From: Lytechinus pictus
Taxonomy: Eukaryota
Assembly (NCBI RefSeq): GCF_037042905.1
Contig: NC_087249.1
Span: 7,194,001 to 7,258,000 of the forward strand
DNA: 64,000 nucleotides
Direction of reading: 5' to 3'
Shown: one piece after another, positions 1 through 10,604 of the stretch
Layout of the letters: every line of letters begins with the position of its first letter
Numbering within the stretch: the stretch's first letter is position 1
Translations under genes and position numbers: made by a program
The notes under the pieces: model-generated
Seen by the model: the letters and a program-made list of their open reading frames with translations, nothing else
Database searches by the model: none
Told to the model about the DNA's origin: nothing

Positions 1-57
1 CTATAGTCTCACTCTGCTATGCAGGTGAGACAAAAATCTAATTTTCAATGTCTTTAC

Positions 58-171
58 CTCATCTGCTAGGACTGAAACAATAAACGATGCTGATGAGTCG
101 CCTTCTTGGAATGTAACTGATGATGTCACAGGTGAAAGGTCATTGCTTGCTGCATTCGGACCACCTGATAT
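58..171 (-). CDS. ADGRV1: ADGRV1/VLGR1 coding exon 4 (second Calx-beta repeat): ISGGPNAASNDLSPVTSSVTFQEGDSSASFIVSVLADE; gene continues off the left edge
   Basis: 114 nt, phase 0/0; acceptor ...tgactacAG at 173-172, donor GTaaag at 57; matches recalled human ADGRV1 segment VEGGPNPPDEDLSPVKGNITF...TVLDDE. Confidence 0.9.
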
Positions 172-559
172 CTGTAGTCAAAAAGTCAGTCATAAAGAGA
201 TGCAAGATTATTGGAGGAAATCTGTGAACCTAACATAAGTCAGCTGAAGATTTGTGACACTGATGAAACTGGTAATGTTCGAATATCCAAAATAGGCGTT
301 ATAGTGCAGCCAATAATCAATATTCATACACGAAAGTAATGGAAAATAAAAAATTATATTTGATTTTTTTTCAAGGTTGTTCAATACTTTGATAGCTCAA
401 AAATATTCTCTAAAATATATTGTAGTGAAGAAAAGCAAAAATCAGCTTTAAGGCCTCTTTCAGCTTCATACAACAAAGGGGTTATGGCACATGTTACTGC
501 AAGTAGTCATAAAAGGTGTTGAAAAAATGTTGCAATAAATAACAAGGAAAGCCAATACG

Positions 560-712
560 AGTGTGCTTCATGAAGATTTTTGTCAGCAATTATCACCAAC
601 AAATGTTTTAAGTTACCACAAATCCTTGCATCTAATTGGTAGAGAGCATGCATGGTTGAGAGCAAATTAGTCACTGAAAATCACTGCCGAAACTGTTCAT
701 GAAATGCTCCAC
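560..712. mobile_element. Degenerate Harbinger/PIF-like MITE
   Basis: Ends gtgtgcttcatgaag ... ttcatgaaatgctcc resemble the GGGGAGCGTTTCATGAA-type TIRs of related elements in the window. Confidence 0.45.
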
Positions 713-718
713 AGGTCT

Positions 719-1013
719 ATAATAATAATATTGGTATATTTACCCAGGGTAGCCAATTCAGTTCCGAAAACTGTTCTCCCAGCGGGCCCTGCTATTATTA
801 CCCCGGCTAAGCTAGGCTACTGTACCTATTCAGTTGCACACAGCTTTTTTAGGAATTACTTCCTGCCGGTACCCATTTACCTCACCTGGGTTGAGTGCAA
901 CAACTCTGTGGATGAATTCCTTGCTGAAGGAAACTACGCCATGGCTGGGATTCGAACCCACGACCCTCTGTTTCAGAGTCAAGAGACTAATCCACTGAGC
1001 CACGATGCTCCAC
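719..1013 (-). mobile_element. tRNA-derived SINE (family A, tail type 1)
   Basis: Minus strand: box A TGGCTCAGTGG, box B GGTTCGAATCC, body CACTCAACCCAGGTGAGGTAAATGGGTACC, (ATT)n tail; paralogue at 51926-52227. Confidence 0.85.
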
Positions 1014-1032
1014 TAGAGACTTCCTATCATCT

Positions 1033-1191
1033 GGGGAGCATCCCATCAACATTTTTGTCTGACAGGTTGTCAGATCTGACAACTTTTCTTGATTTTGATT
1101 GGCTGAGAAGCACAGTTACCATGGTAACTGTCGGATGAGATGGGACTTGTCTGGGAAAATGCCCGACAAGTGCTTTCATAAAACGCTCCCC
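1033..1191. mobile_element. Harbinger/PIF-like MITE containing an 18-bp palindrome (X-box)
   Basis: TIR-like ends GGGGAGCAT... / ...AAACGCTCCCC; internal CAGTTACCATGGTAACTG. Confidence 0.65.
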
Positions 1192-1379
1192 AAGAGTTTT
1201 TTTAGTTCGATGGTTAAGTACAGGTCAGGGGGTGATTCACCAATAGCTAAAAACCAATCTTAAGAGGGATAAAAATAAATCATCTCATGTCTGATCGGTC
1301 TACAGCTTGTTATTACAATTGATTTTAGCTGTCAGTGAAAGACACCCAAAAGGTTATAAATGTCTTCGAAAACCCTTAC

Positions 1380-1484
1380 CTGATAGTTGACAGCCACAGT
1401 GCCAAAGAGACCGGCAGTTCTAATAAGTGAGAACTGAACAGGATTATCACTCCCTACAGCCTCATTCAAGTACAATGGAGATAT
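1380..1484 (-). CDS. ADGRV1: ADGRV1 coding exon 3: ISPLYLNEAVGSDNPVQFSLIRTAGLFGTVAVNYQ
   Basis: 105 nt, phase 0/0; acceptor atgtAG (1486-1485), donor GTaagg (1379); matches recalled human LPSIAVSEP...LTLIREKGTYGMVMVTFE. Confidence 0.9.
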
Positions 1485-1554
1485 CTACATGTATAAGGGG
1501 TTGAGTAAAAACAAAATTAAACAACAGGTGAAGGTATGTTATCAATCAACACAA

Positions 1555-2328
1555 GGGCAATTCCAAGCAAAAGTGGACATTTTCCAAAAATTTATATTGG
1601 CTCTATTTCAAATCTGGATCAAATTTTTCTATCAAAACTCATATGGAATTTCATAAATACGGTACAAAAGGGGAACATAACTAGCCACAATTTTTTTTTC
1701 TTACAAATCTCCTTATAGGAGAATCCAAACCATACAAGAAATTCTATACATGGGACTACATATATTGTTTTTTACTTAATTTCAATTTAACAGAAAAGTA
1801 TTGCTTGTTTTGTAAAATTTTCTTTTGGATAATCTGAAGGACATCATTTTACATCATATCAAACAAAAATTTTAAAATATAAGTTCATTTTACGTTGCCC
1901 CTGAGTGGATATTTCTTATGTCACTCCGTAACCGTCACTCCATAACCAGGTATGGGTTTACTTTTTAAGTTGTAATAAATGAAATAATACACAAATTTTT
2001 TAATGTAATGCAGCATATTAAAGCTTGAACAACATAGAATCCAATCAATAAATCAAAATTATGATAGCAATTCAAAATTCACAGAGTTTGAGCAAGATGT
2101 TTTCTCTCACATGTCCATTTTGCGTCACTCCGTAATCATGTTTATGAATATTCATATCTCATTAATTCAGTGGATCAAAATAACAAATGTTATTATTTTG
2201 AAAAGTGGGTTTCAGCAACTACTGTCAGGTACCATTTCTTTGCAAATAACTATTCAAATATGGCCGATATCTTTGTTTGAATGCAAAAAGTTGTTTCTGA
2301 ATGTCACTCCGTAACCATGGAACTGCCC
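1555..2328. mobile_element. Non-autonomous DNA transposon, 4-bp TSD (Sola-like)
   Basis: TIR GGGCAATTCCA / TGGAACTGCCC, flanked by ACAA on both sides; four GTCACTCC(G/A)TAA motifs in the right half. Confidence 0.75.
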
Positions 2329-3528
2329 ACAATTACCTGATATAGGCTCTGTTTACTTTGACATGGAATTCTTCCATTCACAGCATTTATTGGTGTAACA
2401 AATAATACATGTACAGTAGTACATACAATGTAGGCCTACAGTATGAAGCACATGTCAATTTTGCAAAACTCAGCCTTTCATAAGTTGAAAAAATTTTTGA
2501 GATCAGATCAAGCGAAAAATGTGTTATAAACCTCTTCCTAGTCAAATTTCTCCTACATTGAACAGATTTCCATGGTCCAAAACGATTTGACCTAGTAACA
2601 TGTACCTGATTTGAATAATTTCACACACAAGGTACATGAACATTGCACTGAACGTAGCAGGATTTTCACTTTCATTTGTGAAAGAGAAATGGGCTTTAAG
2701 ATCTGGAATACTCTCATATACACCACTTGTTGTTGTTTTAAACCAACATAATTAAAACATTCATTAAATTTGAAATTATAAAATAATAAACTGGTATAAA
2801 TGTACATGTATATGAACCCTAAATCTCAACAATTCCTTCTGTCCACTACTACCAATAAACCATTTGCACCTGTGCCCTTTTGTGTAAACAATGTCAAATA
2901 CAGATCATCTTATACGAGCCTACATTGTGCATGGTTGCAGGATTTCACGCATATAATTATTATGAGGAAAGAGGCATGCTATGTTGACATAGTTAGGACC
3001 TGAATGCCAGATGGCACTTATTTTCATTTATTCAAGTCCAACTGCACAAGATTTCCCCTAAATCCCTCCTGTGCAATATTCATGTTGGTTTTTATTTTCC
3101 TTTTTGGAATGCACTCTGGTTCAAGTTTAACAACTACGTTAATTGCACTCCTTTTTTTAAACCCCCACTCCCTCGTTTTCTCCCTTCCATTGCTCTTTCA
3201 CTCTCTCTCTCTCTTCCACACACAATCACACACACAAAACCACTATCTACTGTCTTGTTTACAACCTCTCTCTGTTTCTTGCCCGCTCAATACCCCCCTC
3301 TTTACCTCTCATATTTCCCCCCCCCCCCTCTTCTTGTTCTCTCTCTCTCTCTCTCTCTCTCTAAACAAATCATCACTGAACATCTGATACATTGTAAATG
3401 CTCTATGCTACAGCATTAGTTTCCACCAAACCATAGCTCATGACATGATCATCAACACAGAAATTCAGAGGATCCGAACAAAACTGTCCATCCTTGTCCA
3501 CCACTACTCCAATTGTCTTCAAACTTAC

Positions 3529-3768
3529 CATATCGAATCCAATGATTCCAAAGGCATCATCGCTGTCCTCCACGGTGACTTGTGCCTGGCTTGGGCTCCC
3601 AATACTAGCCCCATTGCTTATAACTTCCAATGACAAGACAAAGACCTCCGCGGGTTCCGGCAGGTCATCGTCCCGTGAAACGAATGATGCGGTCTCAGAG
3701 GAGGAGTCCCCCGCATCGAATGTTAGAATTTTTGATGTCTCAAAGAAATCATTATTTGGATCTTGAAT
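3529..3768 (-). CDS. ADGRV1: ADGRV1 coding exon 2 (first Calx-beta core): IQDPNNDFFETSKILTFDAGDSSSETASFVSRDDDLPEPAEVFVLSLEVISNGASIGSPSQAQVTVEDSDDAFGIIGFDM
   Basis: 240 nt open frame; polypyrimidine acceptor cttttcttgacAG, donor GTAAGT; DDDLPEPxE and DDAFGII motifs diagnostic of the ADGRV1 first Calx-beta repeat. Confidence 0.95.
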
Positions 3769-4317
3769 CTGTCAAGAAAAGAAGAGTGTTAAATACTAGA
3801 TCGTCATTTTTTGTATCTACATGTATAGGCAAAGCTAACAAAGACAGGAATTCACTTGATAAACTCTGTTAAAATCTGTGCAACTCTGTTCATCACACTA
3901 ATTTAGAAAATAATAATTCCTCCAAACATTTTAATAATAAGAAAGAAAGAGCTTTCCCACAGGAAAGTATTCTTTTTCATTTTCATGAATGCACTGATAT
4001 CAGTAAGCTTAGATCTTTGACTTTGTAAGACCGATATCTATTCATACAATTTTCATTCATAAATGTCAGGTTCAAAATACATTTATCAAGTGTATTTACT
4101 ACTCCGAGTAAAGCCGTATACACAAATACATTACCTTTTGTAACCTTTGACCCTATGATCCCTAAATATCTCAAAAAAAGTCAAATTTGAATCTAATTCT
4201 CCACCTACTGTACATGAACATGCATGACTTTTTAGAAAGAGCTGAGCAATTAAGCTCAACAAACAAAACAACAGACTCAATGAAACAAATCTCAAATTGT
4301 TCTGGATTTTCAGAGTA

Positions 4318-4688
4318 TTCAATTCGGTGGATTCACAATATGGTGCGCCATTTATCGGTTGCAGCGAACAGGCCGAATTTCTAACTTCGGGGTCCAGATC
4401 GCGTGCTGACGCAGGAAGCGCACATGGAGTTCTAGTGTACTGTGATGTGACTGTGATTTCAAAAGTAAAAACCATATGACAAATTTATCTCCCACCTCCT
4501 GGACCGTGGTAAAACAGCATGTGCCAGCCGGCCGAGCTGCGTCGGCTGGCGCAGCATTGTCACATGCACACTGTACTAGCGCACGCAACAGATGTCGACT
4601 GTTTCCCACGAGGCATTGCAAATTTCTGCCTGTCCGCTGCAACCGATACCAGGTGGCACATCGCATTGTGAATCCACCGAATGGAGTC
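4318..4688. mobile_element. MITE-like element with ~60-bp imperfect inverted termini
   Basis: TTCGGTGGATTCACAAT...ATCGGTTGCAGCG.ACAGGC at the left is the reverse complement of 4620-4682. Confidence 0.7.
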
Positions 4689-4728
4689 AAGAAATGTTAC
4701 CAGCTACTTGGTTTTGAGCCCTTCTCAC

Positions 4729-4902
4729 CTTTACTACTACGTTGATCTCTTGGGCACTGGCTCCAACCTTCTCCACTCTCACTTCCGCAACATCGCCTTC
4801 TGATATACCCACTGCTGTGTCTTGAAACCTTATTGTCTGAGCTTGGCTGAGGGCTACTGATGCTGCCAGCAGCAAAATAACCCCGCAGACACTAAAATGC
4901 AT
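4729..4902 (-). CDS. ADGRV1: ADGRV1 coding exon 1: signal peptide MHFSVCGVILLLAASVALSQA plus start of Calx-beta (TIRFQDTAVGISEGDVAEVRVEKVGASAQEINVVVK)
   Basis: ATG at 4902, hydrophobic signal peptide, donor AAG|GTGAGA at 4728, phase 0 joins exon 3529-3768; an acceptor (tttttgtcttatAG, 4912-4911) 8 nt upstream of the ATG implies an upstream exon. Confidence 0.9.
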
Positions 4903-5589
4903 ACTGGAATCTATAAGACAAAAATAGCAATGGTCACTATGGGAAGGATTAAAAGGGCTAACTTGGTAGTTTGATCATCATTCCTACAGCAAAATCATAG
5001 CAGTCATAATAATTATTGAAAATTATTGAAAATAATTATACCTGGAAAAAATGAGTCAATTTCACCAAGCAAAACACTGAAAACTTCATCAAAATGTAAT
5101 ATGACGACATGTCCCCCTTTTCCTGTTTCTTACAATACTTAATAAAATTGTAATTACACTGGGCAGGGTGCGACATAAGCGCTTGCCTGATTGCCCGGGG
5201 CAAGTAAAAGTTAGAGTCGGGCAAGTGTTTTGAAGCAAAGACAAAAACTGATTGTCCGAATCGGGCAAGCAAATTTCTCCTATGGAAATTATATTTTAGA
5301 AAGATTCCCCATATTTCACCATCAAAATATAAAAAAGAAAAAGAGACAAAAAAAAAACAATATCATTAATTTCTTCTTTCAAAAAAGTTTATAAGTCATC
5401 ATTCGAATTGCAAAATTTGCGCCATTTTCTGCAATAAACACACAGCTCAGAGACATACACATACACACAGAACCAATGGCAGTCTAGCATCGATGCATGT
5501 AGTTAAGTTTCTACGGAGTACGGTGCTGCACGAACGAAGTTTGCTCTGGAAGAAATCTCCCACAGAACTGTCAAAATTCACATTTCTTA

Positions 5590-6271
5590 CCCGGGGGGCC
5601 ACTTCCATTGACGAGTGGATACTATGCGCGACCACGGGGTCTTGAAAAGCATCCTAAATACGTATTTTCCATATTCTGAAAATGTACCCCTTAACAAGTA
5701 TTGGCGTGTGAAACCCTACCCTTAACAAGTATTGGAAACAAAATGTTTATACTGTTGGCAAGTATTCCCAGAATTGAGCCCCTAAACAAGTATAGCGATG
5801 TATATTTTCCATATTCTGAAATGCACCCCTTAACAAGTATTAGAAACAAAACGATACTCTTGGCAAGTATTTCCTGAAATGAAGCCCTAAACAAGTACAG
5901 CGATATTTTATTGTTATATCACGGGTCCGTCGGTCGTCGGTTTTACAATAGGCACACCATTATTTTGGTTTAGTACGGCCCCACCTTTCACACCTCGCGC
6001 AAATCGGACTCTAAACACGTAGTGTTGGGGCAAAAAGGACATCCTTTATAAAACATTTCGATTTTGTTTTATCATACCCGCATATTTGACCCTAAACATG
6101 TATATTTTTCCGAGCGAGATAGATACCCTTTTTTCAATATTTTTGTGTTTTTGACACCCTTATCACGTTACGTATGTAACGTGCCCTATCTTGAAAAAGA
6201 CATCCTTTTTACGTGTTTTTTTGGTCGCGCATGGTATCCACTCGTCAATGTAAGTGGCCCCCCCCCCCAGG
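5590..6271. mobile_element. MITE with ~45-bp TIR (CCCGG-type termini) and an internal ~125-bp tandem duplication
   Basis: TIR GGGGGGCCACTT(C/A)CATTGACGAGTGGATAC(T/C)ATGCGCGACCA at both ends; TTTCTTA on both flanks; 5652-5775 repeated at ~5780-5900. Confidence 0.85.
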
Positions 6272-6656
6272 TTTCTTACCAATGAAAATTCTTGTAATGT
6301 CCATATTTCCTAAAAATTGGGGTAGCTCTGTCATTTTTTAAGCAGTAAAAGGAGAAATTTTCACTTCTGTTATGCTTCAAAAAGATCGGGTTTCGAATGA
6401 TCATCTGTATCGCACACACTGAAATACATTGTTTGACAGTCCCACATATGCATTTGTGTGTATGTTGATAAACATTGTTTCTTTCGTAACTATTTTTTTT
6501 ACCCAAGGAAATTGATAAATTTTCTTCTTTATTTATGACTGGATAGTTTGAGCTTTCTTCCTCTCTATTTTCTTTCTTTCTGCCTATCTTTCCTTCTTTT
6601 CATGGTTTAAGTATGAATGATGGATATTTTGCCTCTGCTATTGTTTTGATTAGATG

Positions 6657-7372
6657 TAGGGACAGTGATTTTCCTTTTCTAAAAATTGCCTTTTCCGTTT
6701 CAGCATGTCTGAAAACGGAAATTCCGTTTCCCCATAGACTTTGTGTACATGAAAAATTGACAATTCCGTTTACATAGAAAACCAATACGCAATGTACTAA
6801 CATCGCTCTTAAATCCATTTTAATCGAAGAGATTCGAGCTCAAAAACTATTCAAAGAAACATAATCAACATTAATACATCCTCACCTTTCATATTATTAG
6901 CACTATTTTATGGTTAAATGGGATTTTATTGCTGATTTGGGGACTTTTCGGACATCGTTTTGAGCAGTCGACGACTTCCGCCTATCCGCCATTTTGGATT
7001 TGTTGAATCACCGTGATCATTGTACCATGACCGAACGCAGAGGGCAGCAACACACGGCCGTATTCTGCCTTATATGCGGACGTCAGTGTAAACTAATTTA
7101 GATACGATCGAGTGATGGAGGGGCTCGAGTGTAGTTACGATGTGTTGATTGTCATGATTGTTGTTGCAAAGCGAGATCGTGTTTTTTTAGTTGCTTTTCG
7201 TATTTTGTTGAGGATTTGGGATTAATTTCTGTTGATACAGTTTGTATATTGTGCATTTTGAGAAAAGACAAGTTTTCCGTGATTTTCCGTTTGAAAAGCC
7301 ACTTTCCGTTTCAAAAGGCCGATTCCGTGAATTCCGTCCGTTTTCCGCGATCGCGGAAAATCACTGTCCCTA
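6657..7372. mobile_element. hAT-like non-autonomous transposon with a 6-bp TSD, nested in an older repeat
   Basis: Perfect 18-bp TIR TAGGGACAGTGATTTTCC; TAGATG duplicated at 6651-6656 and 7373-7378; subterminal TTCCGT repeats; uninterrupted host paralogue at ~63349-63520. Confidence 0.88.
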
Positions 7373-8949
7373 TAGATGCATTTCCAAATTCATCACAATA
7401 ATTGCAGTTTTATCATGATTTTGTTTTTGAAAATTATGCTATTTTGTGACTAAGACTATGACTTGTCTCCTCGACCGACAGTATCGATATTGTTAAAGAT
7501 CTACATGTCTATAAGACGAATTGTAAGAGAAATTGCGCTCATTCATTTAGTTTCTTTTTTCTCTCTGAGGACGCGATTAAAGAATATTCCAGAATGTCTT
7601 TGGTACGTAGGCATGATACAGAATAATGATTGGTATTTTTAAATGTACAATGATCTTGACAGACAATAGAAACAGCTGGCAAAAAAAAAAGGACAATAGG
7701 ACCATTAGCTACAATGGAGTAACTGCAGCGGTGCGCGCCCGGGTGTCAGTGTGCGGCACGTTAAGCAGACTCAGCAATATACATGTACCACTGAAATCGC
7801 CAACACACTCTAAACAAAAAGTGAAATTTTCTTACCAGTACCTACATGTAAATCACCATATCCAGTGTCAAAAATATCACACTCGCTATTTCTTAACATC
7901 GCAATTTAAAAATATGGGGTTCAAAAAGTGGATTTTTTACGGTTTTCCCGATGTTCGTGGATTTTAGAAAAGCCTTTCCCAATTTTCACCTAAAGTGCCT
8001 ACTTTTGGTCTAACATTAGGTGGTGAGTTGTTAGACCAAAAGCTTCGGTCTCTGTTATGTTGGTTGTTCCGCTGAACTGCGTTGGCTCACTCATCAATTA
8101 CAGAGATCAAAGTTCTAACTCAATCTGTACAGGGACTCAATGGCCACATGTTTATGTATTAGGTTCGGATAAACCACGGAAGTGGGAGTTGCGCGAATTG
8201 AAGTAAGTCACTGTTTTTTTTTCCTTTTAAGTTTATTTTTTCCCGTATTGGTGCATTTCAGGCCAAAATGGAATACTAATCTTTATTTTGGTCCAGTTCT
8301 TTTTATTTTTATGAAATAAAGACAAAAATTGATGAGCCCCGTCACGGGGATTTTGCATTGTTAACCCCCTAATGGCGGGTGTACGATGGTGAGCCATCTG
8401 TGTACAAGGAGAAATTTTTTTTTAAAATGTTAAAAACCTCCTCTTTACGGCTGCCAGCTGTCTAACAAAGTTAAAGTTAGTCTTAGTGAGGTGTGTGCTG
8501 GTAACACTAACAGTGGTATTTGGCCAGTGCAAAACTGCATTTATGATCTAATTTTATTTTTAATTTAAGTCAAGATTTAGCGCTCGTGATCGCGTTCACG
8601 AAGCCGAATTCCGAAGGCACAAGTCATGGCGATATAGATCTATAGAGATTTTATAAAATGAGATAGAAGATGAAAATAAACATTGCAATATATATATACA
8701 TATTCACTTTAACTGCAGTGTCACTGTCAGTGCAGTGACTGAGCGGAGGAGTGAGGTCTCGCAACGCCCTGCCATCGTGTCCGTTAGGGGCAGCGCGGCC
8801 CAGCTCGCGGCCGCTGGCGCTGGTTTCCGGACAAATTTAAATCCCCAGTCTTACTCTTAGTCTTGTAATTTCATTTTTAAACACTTGTGACAAGGTTATC
8901 ATTCAAATTATCCATTCACACAGAATAATATATTAAATTCCTCACTTAC

Positions 8950-9110
8950 ATCAAACACCACTCTTTGTTACATGCTCTCCAAGCCAACAGCGGTGTAATT
9001 TAATACCTTAAATAATATCGTTAGGCGTCTCTTCGATTCGGCGTCTGTTGTTTCTACGGATGACTAATTGAATACGCTGATGCCATTCACAATTTTGAAT
9101 TTCTGTTCAC
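8950..9110 (-). other. Candidate non-coding first exon of ADGRV1 (5' limit uncertain)
   Basis: Consensus donor GTAAGT at 8949-8944 on the minus strand, in non-repetitive, CpG-containing sequence next to a GC-rich patch (8740-8830) and a CTCF-like TAGATGGCGT (~9153). Confidence 0.4.
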
Positions 9111-9476
9111 CTCAATAAAAAGACGGGAAGCAGCGAACAAAAATCATGAACGTAGATGGCGTTGTATTATCCTCGTTTTCCGTACTGCTGCTTGCTTCAC
9201 ATGCACAGCTTTGATCCCGGGGTATTGATCGATGATTCATATCTGATGAACAATAAATGGGCGTGCCCCCTTGAAATGAACATATCAGAGGAAGGGTGTG
9301 TTGTGGATCGTGGGGGATTTCCCCAAGAAAAAGTTCTCCCGTTTGCACATATTCGGCCCTTCTTAAGTTTTGGTAACCCCCTCCAAAAAGTAGGTCTGTC
9401 TCAGGTCTGTCTATTCCAGTACAATATAATTGTAATTATAAAAAGGATGTACGTGTATAAGCCTGTAATCTGTTAA

Positions 9477-10073
9477 ATGTCAAGTCCACCCCAGAAAAAT
9501 GTTGATTTGAATAAATAAAGAAAAAATCAAACTAGCATAACGCTGAAAATCTATTCGGATGTAAAATAAGAAAGTTATGACATTTTAAAGTTTTGCTTGT
9601 TTTTCACAAAACAGTAATAACTAATATGCACAACTCAGTGACATGCAAATGAGACAGACGATGATGTCACTCACTCACTATTTCTTTTGTTTTTTATTGT
9701 CCGAATTATACAATATTTTATTTTTTGCAGATTTGACAATAAGGACCAACTTGACTGAACCATAACGTTTTAAACAATCGTAATTCCACATGTTCAAGGA
9801 GGAATTAATATTGTTGTTTCACTTGACAATGAGGAGAAAATTAGAATATTTCATATTTCATATAATAAAATACAAACGAAATAGTGAGTGGATGACGTCA
9901 TCAGTCTCCTCATTTGCATACCAACCAGGATGTGTTTTTTGAAGTTAAGGGAAACTTTAAAATGTCATAACTTTCTTATTTTACATCAGATTTTGATGAA
10001 ATTTTCAATGTTACGCTTGTTGAATTTTTCTCTTTTTATTCAAATCAACTTTTTGTTGGGGTGGAATTGTCCT
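9477..10073. mobile_element. TTAA-site MITE (Kolobok-like, family K1)
   Basis: Long imperfect TIRs (CAAGTCCACCCC... / ...GGGGTGGAATTGTCCT), TTAA/TTAc flanks; same family as 28409-29007; fragments at ~15300-15710 and ~48190-48273. Confidence 0.85.
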
Positions 10074-10604
10074 TTACCGTTTAAATTCAATAATTTTTTA
10101 ATTTTTTAAATTGAGAGTTTTGAGTTTAGCACGGTGATTTTATTTTTCTATTTATTTTAATCATTTTAAGCCAAGAGTACCCCTTTCATCCAATATCTGA
10201 TTTTTTACGCTTATTGTTTTAAAGGTCGTAGTTTCAGTGTTCGCTTTTTCTTTCTCGAAAGTGACTTTACCTTTACCATCTTTATAAGTTATCAATGTCG
10301 AACAATTTACCTCCTGCCCGAACTTATTATTGTCATCAATAATAAGACCAATCGGTCTGTCTCAACGACATGTAATTTTTTGTGCTCTGGAGAGAGCTCG
10401 CTCGAGAGATCAAACGATCTTTTTTTTTCTGATGGTGCATGATTTATGAATGTCGCCCTCTTAATGTGTGTGTCAACGCTTGACTGATCATGTTAAAATG
10501 TATTACCCCCCCCCCCTCCGTGTTTTTTTAACACCTTCTCTGGCTTCATTTGAGAGTGGTGACCTTTTAACTTTTGGGGAGCTCGTCTGATTTTTGTGAT
10601 ATGC

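Noticed and set aside
704..1138. 144-aa plus-strand ORF
   Set aside because: Antisense read-through of a SINE and the adjacent MITE; no protein-like features
2336..2400. Possible extra ADGRV1 exon (minus-strand CAG|GTAATT donor at ~2336)
   Set aside because: No good acceptor or Calx-beta similarity; exons 3529-3768 and 1380-1484 already join seamlessly
3403..3528. C-terminal part of ORF 3403-3636 and the overlapping plus-strand ORFs
   Set aside because: Read-through past the GTAAGT donor; the plus-strand ORFs are antisense shadows of the exon
9047..9064. X-box-like GTTTCTACGGATGAC near the putative ADGRV1 promoter
   Set aside because: Only one half-site fits; too weak to call
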